From the IMG/VR virus record IMGVR_UViG_3300021142_000012, positions 32,001-96,000 of that record: a stretch of 64,000 bases of DNA; one strand, 5' to 3'. Below are positions 8,694-18,023 of this stretch, one piece after another. How positions within the stretch are numbered: the stretch's first letter is position 1; every line of letters starts with the position of its first letter. The stretch is from a virus. The position numbers and the translations under genes are program-made. Below the pieces are notes generated by a model. It saw only the letters and a list, made by a program, of their open reading frames with translations, was not told where the DNA came from and did no database searches.

Positions 8694-8881
8694 TTATTTC
8701 TATTTTATGCTTCTTCCTAGGAATGTTAGCAGGCTACAATCTTAGTCAAACACCAAAAGATGTTGTATTGGACGATAAACTTAGAGCAAATTTAGCTGTG
8801 GCTGAAAACCTAAATACTAGTCTTAAAAAAGATTTAGAAGAAGCCAAAGAAACAATTTGGAAATTAAAACACTCTAAATGA
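8690..8881 (+). CDS. Small protein with an N-terminal hydrophobic segment and a coiled coil
   Basis: MIISILCFFLGMLAGY followed by a helical segment. Confidence 0.55.
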   Translation: MIISILCFFLGMLAGYNLSQTPKDVVLDDKLRANLAVAENLNTSLKKDLEEAKETIWKLKHSK

Positions 8882-9057
8882 AAAAAATACTTGCTAGAAT
8901 AGCCAGCGAGATGTTATACTACTTAGGGCATTGGATTAGTTTTCCAATGCAGTTGTTTGATTGGGCATGGTTGTATCCAACATATAACAAACTAATGTCG
9001 TGGAGTAGTAACATACAAGACTGGGCAGGCAATGATAAACCGTGGATTAAGATATGA
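8878..9057 (+). CDS. Small Trp-rich hypothetical protein (59 aa; not in the ORF track)
   Basis: Manual translation MKKILARIASEMLYYLGHW...DKPWIKI*; ATGA overlaps on both sides. Confidence 0.55.
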   Translation: MKKILARIASEMLYYLGHWISFPMQLFDWAWLYPTYNKLMSWSSNIQDWAGNDKPWIKI

Positions 9058-9899
9058 GTAAACTTAAAGTAGCAGAATTGTTTTATAGTATACAAGGTGA
9101 AGGACGCTTTATGGGTGTACCCAGCGTGTTCCTTAGAACTTTTGGCTGCAATTTTTCTTGTAGGGGATTTGGTATGCCCAAAGGCGAATTAAGTGAGGAA
9201 TACTTAAAAGTAGACCCAATAAATTTTAAAACGTACAATGAACTTCCACTAGTGAGTACAGGGTGTGATAGTTATGCATCATGGGATCCTAGATTTAAAG
9301 ATCTTAGCCCGATGATAGAAAGCGATGGAATTGTTGATCGCATTATGGAGATACTTCCATATAAAGGTTGGGTAGATGAACACTTGGTTATCACAGGCGG
9401 TGAACCTCTGCTAGGTTGGCAACGTGCTTATCCTGATTTGTTAGATCATACTTATATGAAACCATTGCGTGATATTACATTTGAAACAAATGGTACTCAA
9501 AAATTAACTGATGATTTTAAAGAATATTTGTTGGATTGGACTTTACGCGATCATAACTTTAAACAAATTACATTTAGCGTCAGTGCTAAATTAAGTTCAA
9601 GCGGTGAGCTTGCTAGCGATGCTATTAAACCCGAAGTCGTTAATGAGTATCAGGAAGTAGGATTTACATATCTCAAATTTGTAGTTGCTACAGAAGATGA
9701 TGCTGAAGAAGCATTAGAAACAGCAGACATTTATAGAGAAAATGGATTCACTGGGCCTGTATACTTAATGCCAGTCGGTGGCGTTGAAAGTGTGTATAGT
9801 CTCAATAATCGTCGTGTTGCAGAATTGGCTATGAAGATGGGCTTGCGTTACAGTGATCGTTTACAAGTCCCATTATTTAAAAATGAGTGGGGAACCTAA
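9054..9899 (+). CDS. queE: 7-carboxy-7-deazaguanine synthase (radical SAM)
   Basis: ELFYSIQGEG, VFLRTFGCNFSC...GCDS, VITGGEP, ETNGT, and a C-terminal RLQ motif. Confidence 0.9.
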   Translation: MSKLKVAELFYSIQGEGRFMGVPSVFLRTFGCNFSCRGFGMPKGELSEEYLKVDPINFKTYNELPLVSTGCDSYASWDPRFKDLSPMIESDGIVDRIMEILPYKGWVDEHLVITGGEPLLGWQRAYPDLLDHTYMKPLRDITFETNGTQKLTDDFKEYLLDWTLRDHNFKQITFSVSAKLSSSGELASDAIKPEVVNEYQEVGFTYLKFVVATEDDAEEALETADIYRENGFTGPVYLMPVGGVESVYSLNNRRVAELAMKMGLRYSDRLQVPLFKNEWGT

Positions 9900-10330
9900 T
9901 GAAAAAATTATTAAGAAGATGGCTAGGTATTAGTGCGTTAGAAGCTGAAAAAGAATTATTACAACAGGCTAGAGACAAAGCAGTCGCTGAAACAGTGATA
10001 GCTCAAACCAAAGAAGAACAAGCCAAAATGGATCCAAAGGATCGTGCTACTGCTCGAGGAGAGCCGTGGGTATCTGTGTTAGACACACATATTAACAAAG
10101 ATAATATTCGTAATGGATTTTTTGAGTTAGATTGGAATGATATCTTTGTTCAAGAATTGATTGCTTCCGGATATGGCTATGAAGCAGATCCGCCAGAGCA
10201 AATTGTAGATCGTTGGTTTAGAGATCTAGCAAGAAATATGTTAGCAGAAGAAGGAATGGATCCTAATAGATCTACTTCTGGATATATTAATGTATCTAAG
10301 ATCAGTAATACCAAATCGGAAATATCATGA
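9899..10330 (+). CDS. Hypothetical phage protein
   Basis: TAATG overlap with queE; contains GFFELDWN...IVDRWF. Confidence 0.7.
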   Translation: MKKLLRRWLGISALEAEKELLQQARDKAVAETVIAQTKEEQAKMDPKDRATARGEPWVSVLDTHINKDNIRNGFFELDWNDIFVQELIASGYGYEADPPEQIVDRWFRDLARNMLAEEGMDPNRSTSGYINVSKISNTKSEIS

Positions 10331-10917
10331 CCTATAAAGTTATAGATTCGAATGAGTATATCGATACATATAATTTTAGTTCATTAATTACCAAAGCTGA
10401 TACTCAAGAAATAATGCAGATTTCTAAAAGCATTATTGACAGCGGTCTTTATTTTGAAAATAGCCCAAAATATCAAACTAAAGAAAATTTGTTTGGGCGA
10501 GATGAAAAAGTATTCTTAAAAATGCGCCAAAGTTTTATCTATAGTTGCTTTATGTATTTGGGTAAGGAAGTAAAGATTAAAGGCATCAATAGTTGGGTGT
10601 TTATGACTAAGAAAAGCGATGAACCTGATCGTGACAATCTTTGGCACAAGCATCATTACGATGAACCCTGGGGTAAATTGAGCGGCATTTTCTATTTACA
10701 TATACCAGATGATATTGTTGATAGAGAACTATGCGGTACTGAATTTAGTGAAACTAGTGAAAATGTAAGAGCCCAATTACCAACTAAAACCTTCTTTGTA
10801 AGGCCAAAAGACTTGACTTGGCACATATATCCTAGTAAAATGTGGCATAGGTCCGGAATTACCAATTCCGATGAATATCGTTTTGTTTATGCCGCAGATA
10901 TGGATTATTACGAATGA
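10327..10917 (+). CDS. Putative 2OG-Fe(II) oxygenase (DSBH fold)
   Basis: WHKH...LSGIFYLHIP...GTEF...IYPSKMWHR...RFVYAAD. Confidence 0.65.
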   Translation: MTYKVIDSNEYIDTYNFSSLITKADTQEIMQISKSIIDSGLYFENSPKYQTKENLFGRDEKVFLKMRQSFIYSCFMYLGKEVKIKGINSWVFMTKKSDEPDRDNLWHKHHYDEPWGKLSGIFYLHIPDDIVDRELCGTEFSETSENVRAQLPTKTFFVRPKDLTWHIYPSKMWHRSGITNSDEYRFVYAADMDYYE

Positions 10918-11603
10918 TAAATCGTATTAGGAGTTTGTATCCTACAACAGAGTTTACTCCCAGTTGGAATTTTCCCATCTATACTAGTCAATGGGCTGAT
11001 ATTGAAAAAATAGACAAGATTAGAAATTGGCTACTTGAAAAAGAACAAGATTTTATTACTGCATATCCATATCATCACGATGGCGGAGCAGCCTTAGGAA
11101 AAGATAGTGTTACTAGTAGACATGGATTATATAGTCTATTTTGGTTTGAAAAAGAAATTCCAGAAATTATAGATCTATTAGAGTTTATTAGAAAATCTTA
11201 CATTGATTTTATTACAGAAGAAAATGCTAGTCCAAGAGAATCATATATTGTTTCTTGGTTTAATGTCGCTAGAAAGGGTCAAGATATTAAACAACATGCT
11301 CACGGCGCTGATCATGAATCGTATCTAAGTGGCAATATGCATCTAGATACCTATGACACATATAATGCATTTATATCACCTTATGATGATAGATCTTCTT
11401 TTATCAGAGATAATATCAAAGGCGGTATTTCTATGTTTCCAAGTTGCTTACCTCATTACAGTAGTGTGTACCAAGGCGATGAACCTCGCGTAAGTATAGC
11501 GTTTGATTTAAGAATTAAGCCAACAAAACAACATGGTTTCGGAGTTGAATCAATTCCGTTCATGAATACTAGCATTTATAATCAACTCACCGCAGAAAGT
11601 TAA
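10914..11603 (+). CDS. Putative 2OG-Fe(II) oxygenase (DSBH fold)
   Basis: SWFNV...HAH...LSGNMHL...MFPSCLPH...RVSIAFD. Confidence 0.7.
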   Translation: MINRIRSLYPTTEFTPSWNFPIYTSQWADIEKIDKIRNWLLEKEQDFITAYPYHHDGGAALGKDSVTSRHGLYSLFWFEKEIPEIIDLLEFIRKSYIDFITEENASPRESYIVSWFNVARKGQDIKQHAHGADHESYLSGNMHLDTYDTYNAFISPYDDRSSFIRDNIKGGISMFPSCLPHYSSVYQGDEPRVSIAFDLRIKPTKQHGFGVESIPFMNTSIYNQLTAES

Positions 11604-11604
11604 T

Positions 11605-12603
11605 ATGACATACATTTTAGTTGATACAGCTAATACATTTTTCCGTGCTAGACACGTAGTACAAGGCGATGCCGATATTAAGTTAGGTATGGCATTCCAC
11701 ATTACATTTAACAGTATTAAGAAAGCATGGCAGGACTTTGGCGGTACTCATGTGGTGTTTTGCTTAGAAGGTCGTAGTTGGCGTAAGGACTATTACAAAC
11801 CTTACAAGGCAAATCGTCAAGAAACTCGCGATGCTATGACAGTTAAACAGCAAGAAGAAGATAAATTGTTTTGGGAAGCATTTGATCAATTTAAAGACTT
11901 TATTAGTGAAAAAACTAATTGTACAGTACTACAACATAAACAACTAGAAGCAGATGATTTAATTGCAGGTTGGGTACAGGCACATCCAGATGCAAAGCAT
12001 GTTATCATTTCAACAGATGGTGACTTCGCACAACTAATCAGCCCTAATGTGAGCCAATATAACGGTGTGGGTGATTTACATATTACACACGAAGGTATCT
12101 TTGATGCTAAAGGTAAACCTGTTAAAGATAAAAAAACAGGCGAGCCCAAGCCAGCACAAGATCCAGAATGGATGCTATTCGAAAAATGCATGCGTGGTGA
12201 TACCAGTGATAATGTCTTCTCGGCGTATCCAGGTGTGCGTACTAAAGGTTCTAAAAACAAAGTTGGGTTGATGGAGGCGTTTGCTGATCGTAAGACTAAA
12301 GGATATAATTGGAATAATCTAATGCTTCAGCGTTGGGTAGATCACAATGGTGTAGAACATCGTGTCTTAGAAGATTATCAACGTAATGTACAGTTATGTG
12401 ATCTAACAGCACAACCTGATGATATTAAAGTTTTAATTAAAGAGACGATTGAAGCAGGTGCAAAACCTAAAGATATAACACAAGTAGGTATTCGTATGCT
12501 AAAGTTTTGTAATGCATGGGACATGAAAAAGATTGCAGACAATGTCCAACAATATGCAGAACCGTTACAGGCCAAATACAACAGAGAGGTAGTAATTGAT
12601 TAA
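11605..12603 (+). CDS. rnh: T4 RNase H-like 5'-3' exonuclease (FEN/PIN fold)
   Basis: ILVDTAN, SWRKDYYKPYKANR, EADDLI, STDGDFAQL and GDTSDNV motifs. Confidence 0.88.
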   Translation: MTYILVDTANTFFRARHVVQGDADIKLGMAFHITFNSIKKAWQDFGGTHVVFCLEGRSWRKDYYKPYKANRQETRDAMTVKQQEEDKLFWEAFDQFKDFISEKTNCTVLQHKQLEADDLIAGWVQAHPDAKHVIISTDGDFAQLISPNVSQYNGVGDLHITHEGIFDAKGKPVKDKKTGEPKPAQDPEWMLFEKCMRGDTSDNVFSAYPGVRTKGSKNKVGLMEAFADRKTKGYNWNNLMLQRWVDHNGVEHRVLEDYQRNVQLCDLTAQPDDIKVLIKETIEAGAKPKDITQVGIRMLKFCNAWDMKKIADNVQQYAEPLQAKYNREVVID

Positions 12604-14086
12604 AGCACGTGGTGTAAAGAAAGTAGTAATTGTAGGTGGCGGCACTAGTTCATGGTTGACTGCCGCATGTTTATCATTTCAAAAACCTCACTATGAGATT
12701 ATAGTGATTGATAAAGAGGTAGGTACTCCTGTAGGGGTTGGCGAAGGAACCTTATTGGGATTTGCTGATAGCATGTCTAAAGCTGGATTTAATATAGAGG
12801 ACTGGTTTTTTGAAATTGATGCAACTTTTAAATCAGGGATATTATTTCCAGGTTGGACTAACGATGGCACAGATGTATGGCATCCATTCATGTTCCCCCA
12901 ATATACTAATATCAATATTTCAAATTTAGATTTATGGTCAAAACATCAAAATCTAGATCTTAAAACTACCGCATTAGCATTGTATGATGTGTCTGTTAAT
13001 CTTAAGAAGGTCGACCGTGATACCTTGCTTAACTATGCTTACCATATTGACTGCGGTAAATTAGTTTCTTTTATACAAAAGAAAATTGTAAACATTCGCA
13101 AAGTATCATTAATTAAATCAGAAGTAGTTGATATACAAAGAGATAATAAAGAAATATCTAAATTAGTTTTAAAAGACGGGCAAGAAATAACCGCAGATTT
13201 GTTTGTTGATTGCACAGGATTTAAAGGTATGTTAAACGAAGCACCTGATCGTGTGACATTTGAAAATCGTTTATGGTGTAATACTGCGGTTGCTGGTCAT
13301 ATTCCGTATATTGACAAAGCAACAGAGATGAATCCGTATGTTGTTAGTGAAGCTGTTGATCACGGGTGGATTTGGAATATCCCTGTACAGACACGTATCG
13401 GTTCCGGACTGGTGTTTAACAGAGATATCACTAGTGTAGAAGAAGCAAAAGAATATTTCTGTAAGTATTGGGATAACAGAATATCTCCCGAAAATCTTAA
13501 AGTAATCAACTGGACTCCATTTTATAATCGAAATATGTGGCACGGTAATGTTGTTAGTGTTGGACTAAGTGCAGGATTTATCGAACCATTAGAAAGTACT
13601 GGTGTTGCATTAATTGTTAGCGGCATATATGAAATGATTGCAAGATTGGACTTAGATTATTACACAGAAAAAGATGCTGACATGTTTAATTCAAAACTAG
13701 CAATGTTTTTCGAAGAAGCAGTTGATTTTGTAAGTATGCATTATTCTATTAGCGAAAAAGATATACCTTTCTGGAATTGGGTTAAAGAAACTAGATTTAA
13801 ATCCGATACTCAAAAAATCTTTGAAGAAAAATTAGCAAACAATTATCCATTACCGATGGTTGGCAAAGGTGCAATTTTTTCCGGAGCAAATTGGTTTGGT
13901 TGGCTAATACAATTAGGTTATCCTATGGGCAATAAGAATGTTCCATTGTCAGATGAAGAAATTGAACAACTTATATCTAGCCATAAGACTACTGAATTAA
14001 ACAAAACAACTGCTATACTACACACAGAGTATATAGAAGTATTAAGGCGTGAAGAAGAACCATTTTTAGGATTTTCAGGAACTTGA
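12596..14086 (+). CDS. Tryptophan-halogenase-like flavin-dependent enzyme
   Basis: VIVGGGTSSW FAD motif, GVGEGT, ATFKSGI (catalytic Lys position), FVDCTGF, GWIWNIP (WxWxIP) and GFIEPLESTG. Confidence 0.85.
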   Translation: MIKARGVKKVVIVGGGTSSWLTAACLSFQKPHYEIIVIDKEVGTPVGVGEGTLLGFADSMSKAGFNIEDWFFEIDATFKSGILFPGWTNDGTDVWHPFMFPQYTNINISNLDLWSKHQNLDLKTTALALYDVSVNLKKVDRDTLLNYAYHIDCGKLVSFIQKKIVNIRKVSLIKSEVVDIQRDNKEISKLVLKDGQEITADLFVDCTGFKGMLNEAPDRVTFENRLWCNTAVAGHIPYIDKATEMNPYVVSEAVDHGWIWNIPVQTRIGSGLVFNRDITSVEEAKEYFCKYWDNRISPENLKVINWTPFYNRNMWHGNVVSVGLSAGFIEPLESTGVALIVSGIYEMIARLDLDYYTEKDADMFNSKLAMFFEEAVDFVSMHYSISEKDIPFWNWVKETRFKSDTQKIFEEKLANNYPLPMVGKGAIFSGANWFGWLIQLGYPMGNKNVPLSDEEIEQLISSHKTTELNKTTAILHTEYIEVLRREEEPFLGFSGT

Positions 14087-14088
14087 AT

Positions 14089-14229
14089 ATGATATATCTA
14101 TCGTTGTTTATAATATGGGCATTGGCTGTTGTATTCATCTGGTGTTTTATCAAAGGTGCATATAATGGTTGTAATGGCGGATGTATGCAAGGTCGCAAAG
14201 AATGTAATTGCAAATATGGAAAAAAATAA
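14089..14229 (+). CDS. Small Cys-rich membrane peptide (46 aa; not in the ORF track)
   Basis: Manual translation MIYLSLFIIWALAVVFIWCFIKGAYNGCNGGCMQGRKECNCKYGKK*; TAATG overlap with the next gene. Confidence 0.6.
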   Translation: MIYLSLFIIWALAVVFIWCFIKGAYNGCNGGCMQGRKECNCKYGKK

Positions 14230-15365
14230 TGGCTACTAAAGAAGAAAAACAAGAACTAATAGAAATTTTAAAGTTCACTCCACGCACATACAAAATTAGT
14301 ATGTGGGGCTACGGTGGTGAAAAGGTCATGGGTCGTGTGCCACGCGAAGTCTGGGACTACTGTATGAATAACCAAGTAGACTTGCAAGACATTGCCTGGA
14401 ATTCAGAGGCGGTCGAAGACATGGATCTCGATGAAGATCTGTTGCCATTTCCTCCAGGAAGCTGGTACGAATGTGATGGTATGGCGCACTCAAATGGTGT
14501 TTCACGTAGTGCTGGTACACTACAAATTGAAGATGAAAATGATAATTCTATCGTCGAAACACCGCTTGATAATTTTAGTGGTGATAATGTAGACGACGAA
14601 AGTCCGGAATTTGATTGTACTAATGAAGCATGGATCGGCGAAGCCGCCGAAGGTGAAGTAGTGTTTGTTGGTAGCTCAAACGAAAAAGGTACATTCTTCG
14701 AGGGCGAGATTGAGCTCAAACAACCGTTTGATATCCGCAAGCTAGTTTTACAATACGAAGAAATCGACGGTGAAGAATTGGTCTACGGTGTTACCTATGA
14801 CGGTGAAGATATCGACAACTGGGGTGGTAGCACAGATGGCAAGAGTTCAGACTTTGATATGTATCTTGTAGGTAAGGATAGCACGTGGACACGCTATGCC
14901 CCAGAAGAAAAAGATTGGGGTCATCCAGAATATGGTTCAAGTCCGAGCGATTGGGAAAAGTCGCCTAAGTTTGAGTTTGCAAAACACAAGCCAGTATATC
15001 CCGGATACTACAATGCTGTATGGTCAAACTTTGGTACTACATACGGTAGCTTGTATTGGGATGGCAAAGAGTTTGGCGAGTGGGAATACGGTAAGTTCAA
15101 ACCACAATCCGGAGTACAGACCTGGCAAGGGTACAACTGGGACACTACAGATTGGTCTAATCAGCCGCCAGAGCCACCCGGTATCGCATGCGACAATAAA
15201 GAGTGTGGCTGGGTAGGAATGAGTGAAGAACGCAGGACCGACGATGACTACAACGATCATTGTCCTGAATGTGATGGCACAGAGTTTAGCTGGATTGATT
15301 ATGATCCAGACACCGAAGAAGGGTGTGCTAATCGTGCAAAGTATTGCCAACAAAATACGAGATAA
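14229..15365 (+). CDS. Highly acidic hypothetical protein with a C-terminal Zn-ribbon-like motif
   Basis: Rich in D/E/W; contains CDNKECGW...CPECDG. Confidence 0.7.
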   Translation: MATKEEKQELIEILKFTPRTYKISMWGYGGEKVMGRVPREVWDYCMNNQVDLQDIAWNSEAVEDMDLDEDLLPFPPGSWYECDGMAHSNGVSRSAGTLQIEDENDNSIVETPLDNFSGDNVDDESPEFDCTNEAWIGEAAEGEVVFVGSSNEKGTFFEGEIELKQPFDIRKLVLQYEEIDGEELVYGVTYDGEDIDNWGGSTDGKSSDFDMYLVGKDSTWTRYAPEEKDWGHPEYGSSPSDWEKSPKFEFAKHKPVYPGYYNAVWSNFGTTYGSLYWDGKEFGEWEYGKFKPQSGVQTWQGYNWDTTDWSNQPPEPPGIACDNKECGWVGMSEERRTDDDYNDHCPECDGTEFSWIDYDPDTEEGCANRAKYCQQNTR

Positions 15366-15370
15366 ATACA
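15362..15370 (+). promoter_or_regulatory. Putative late promoter motif ATAAATACA
   Basis: Same 9-mer as in three minus-strand intergenic regions; resembles the T4 late promoter TATAAATA. Confidence 0.55.
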
Positions 15371-15417
15371 TACATTACTATAGTGCCTTAGGGGCTTAGT
15401 AATACAAGGAGAATAAT

Positions 15418-15897
15418 ATGACAGAAATACACGCCAAGCCTATTGTGGATGGTAAGTTTTGGATTGTAGAGCAAGACGGCTCTAAAATCGCAACACTACA
15501 CAAAAAAGAAAACAACAAGTTTGTACTATCAAGTACCAACGGTGAAGTAATGTTTAACCGTAAAGATGATCTTACTAAACAGTTTGGTAAAGACTTTTTC
15601 CTAACTAGCGATAAAATTAAAGTTACTCAAGCAGAACCAAATGAGTGCTATGACTATCCTACTAGCTGCCGCCCATACAATTCAGTCTATGATGTTCAAA
15701 AACGATTGCCGTTGTTTACTAAAAGCAATCAAAGCAAGAGTAGCTATTGTGCAGGCTATTATACAATTAAATTTGATAAAGGTTGGGTCAAGAGTTTTTG
15801 TCCTAAATATATTACACTGCAACGGTATCCATATAAAGGACCATTTAAGTCAGAGTTTGAAATGAAAATGGTATTAAGTAATGCAAAATCAGATTAA
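15418..15897 (+). CDS. Hypothetical phage protein
   Basis: 159 aa with an AGGAG RBS. Confidence 0.75.
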   Translation: MTEIHAKPIVDGKFWIVEQDGSKIATLHKKENNKFVLSSTNGEVMFNRKDDLTKQFGKDFFLTSDKIKVTQAEPNECYDYPTSCRPYNSVYDVQKRLPLFTKSNQSKSSYCAGYYTIKFDKGWVKSFCPKYITLQRYPYKGPFKSEFEMKMVLSNAKSD

Positions 15898-16126
15898 TCT
15901 TTCTCCGGTAACTCAATTTATACAGCAAGTTCGGGCTGCCGAATTGAGCCAGGGTAAGGTTATCAGTATAGACATACAAAAGGCCAGATTATTAACTCTA
16001 GCACTAGCTGAAATGATGGACAAGATGAATCAAGATTATGAAACAATGTATAATCAACTGAAAAACAGCATTGATACTGATGTAGTATCAGTTACTATGG
16101 ACGGCGGAGACTTTAACGACAAATAG
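15881..16126 (+). CDS. Hypothetical protein
   Basis: 81-aa ORF overlapping the previous gene. Confidence 0.65.
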   Translation: MQNQINLSPVTQFIQQVRAAELSQGKVISIDIQKARLLTLALAEMMDKMNQDYETMYNQLKNSIDTDVVSVTMDGGDFNDK

Positions 16127-16158
16127 TGATAAATATACGTAGTTAATTGGAGCCTCAT

Positions 16159-16443
16159 ATGAGTAGACCTAAGCCACGTGTATTATTAGAAAACGTTAAT
16201 AAAAAGACCTACAAAGCAGAACAAATCCTAGAAGCAGAAGCTATCTGGGCAGTATTCTATAAAAATGAACCTTTTAATTTAAAGAGCTTTAATAGCCTCA
16301 CAAGTTACCCAGGCCCTAAATATAAAAAAGTATCTTTTTCAAATCCCGGTCATGCACATAATTTGGCTAAAAAATTGAACTTAACATTTGGAACCGGAGA
16401 TTTCCAAGTTGTTATGCTGACGCAGGGCACTATCATAAAATGA
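16159..16443 (+). CDS. Hypothetical basic protein
   Basis: GGAG RBS before MSRPKP; preceded by ATAAATATA at 16129-16137. Confidence 0.7.
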   Translation: MSRPKPRVLLENVNKKTYKAEQILEAEAIWAVFYKNEPFNLKSFNSLTSYPGPKYKKVSFSNPGHAHNLAKKLNLTFGTGDFQVVMLTQGTIIK

Positions 16444-16847
16444 TAACCCGTGATGCCCTGACTAAAATATTTTTACAACAATGGGGCAAGAGTGTTGACG
16501 AAGCTAATATAAATCTTTATTCTCGTCAATGGTGGCAATCAAATCGAGCAAATAAACAAACTGCATTACGACTAAGCGATGACGGTTTTGACTTTTTAAT
16601 CGATATTTTAGAAATACAGTCCTACGAAATCCCATTTACCGAACCAATTGAGCTGAGTCCTCAGACTATTATATTTTTGGAAAAATATATCGACTGCCCA
16701 TACTATCTAACACCATTGAGTATCACAGTTTTTTCCGAACGAAAAAGTTTTGAACTGATGTTGTTTTCTGACGATATTCGCAAATTTGGCTTGATTAAGG
16801 CTATAAACGAGCGTGAAAAAGATTCAGAATCTTTAAAAAAGAATTGA
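16440..16847 (+). CDS. Hypothetical protein
   Basis: 135 aa; ATGA overlap. Confidence 0.7.
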   Translation: MITRDALTKIFLQQWGKSVDEANINLYSRQWWQSNRANKQTALRLSDDGFDFLIDILEIQSYEIPFTEPIELSPQTIIFLEKYIDCPYYLTPLSITVFSERKSFELMLFSDDIRKFGLIKAINEREKDSESLKKN

Positions 16848-16872
16848 CTTTATCGCTAGTTGATAGTATAAT
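16844..16872 (+). promoter_or_regulatory. Sigma70-type promoter
   Basis: TTGACT (16844-16849), 17-bp spacer, TATAAT (16867-16872). Confidence 0.75.
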
Positions 16873-16918
16873 AATTACATAGCGTAGTAAATTAACCCCG
16901 TAAATAGAAAGGTATTAT

Positions 16919-18007
16919 ATGAGCGAAGTATACAGCCGTTTAGTAGGCCCTAGCGGTGCTAAAAAATCATTGCGTAAGGCTTTTAAAAATCAACGTCCAA
17001 TCTTCCTCTGGGGTCCTCCAGGTATTGGCAAATCCGATATTGTCAAACAACTAGGCACAGAATTAGAAGCTCATGTAATTGACGTTCGTTTGTCACTTTG
17101 GGAACCTACTGATATCAAAGGTATTCCATATTTTGATTCAAATGATGGTACTATGCGTTGGGCCCCTCCTTCAGAATTGCCAAGTGCAGAGTTTGCCAAA
17201 CAGCACAAACAGATTATTCTTTTCTTAGATGAAATGAACTCTGCGGCTCCGTCAGTACAAGCGGCAGCTTATCAGTTAGTTTTGAATCGCCGTGTTGGCA
17301 CTTATTCATTACCAAATAATGTTGTAATTGTTGCGGCTGGTAACCGTGAAACTGACAAAGGTGTTACCTATCGCATGCCTGCTCCGTTGGCTAATCGTTT
17401 TGTACACTTAGAAATGCAAGTTAATTGGGATGACTACTTTGAATGGGCAGTTGAAAATAAAATCCATAAGGATGTTGTCGGTTACTTAACTTTTTCCAAA
17501 AAATCACTTTACGATTTTGATCCAAAATCTAGCTCGCGTGCTTTTGCTACTCCACGTTCATGGTCCTTTGTCAGCGAATTATTACACGATGACGACACTG
17601 ATGTTGAAACACTAACCGATTTAGTGTCGGGTTCAGTTGGTGAAGGTCTAGCAATTAGTTTTATGGCACATCGTAAACATGCAAGCAAGATGCCTGATCC
17701 GCGTGATATTTTAAGCGGCAAGGTTAAAAAAATGGAAACTAAAGAAATTTCAGCAATGTATTCTTTGACCGTTTCATTATGTTACGAATTAAAAGAAGCC
17801 TGCGACAAGAAAGCTAAAAATTGGAATGATCAAGTTAATAACTTCTTCCGTTTTATTATGGATAACTTTGAAACAGAATTAGTTATCATGGGTACTAAAT
17901 TGGCATTGTCTAGCTACAAACTGCCATTGGATCCGGATGAAATTAGCTGTTTTGATGAATTCCACAGCAAATTTGGAAAATACATCAGCGCCGCAACTGA
18001 GAAATAA
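16919..18007 (+). CDS. MoxR-like AAA+ ATPase
   Basis: Walker A GPPGIGKS, Walker B LFLDEMN, AAGNR and PLANRF. Confidence 0.9.
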   Translation: MSEVYSRLVGPSGAKKSLRKAFKNQRPIFLWGPPGIGKSDIVKQLGTELEAHVIDVRLSLWEPTDIKGIPYFDSNDGTMRWAPPSELPSAEFAKQHKQIILFLDEMNSAAPSVQAAAYQLVLNRRVGTYSLPNNVVIVAAGNRETDKGVTYRMPAPLANRFVHLEMQVNWDDYFEWAVENKIHKDVVGYLTFSKKSLYDFDPKSSSRAFATPRSWSFVSELLHDDDTDVETLTDLVSGSVGEGLAISFMAHRKHASKMPDPRDILSGKVKKMETKEISAMYSLTVSLCYELKEACDKKAKNWNDQVNNFFRFIMDNFETELVIMGTKLALSSYKLPLDPDEISCFDEFHSKFGKYISAATEK

Positions 18008-18023
18008 TTTGGTTTTGTGCCGA

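Noticed and set aside
15374-15403. Imperfect inverted repeat ATTACTA...TAGTAAT upstream of the ORF at 15418
   Set aside because: AT-rich, bulged stem with no U-tract; too weak to call a terminator or ncRNA.
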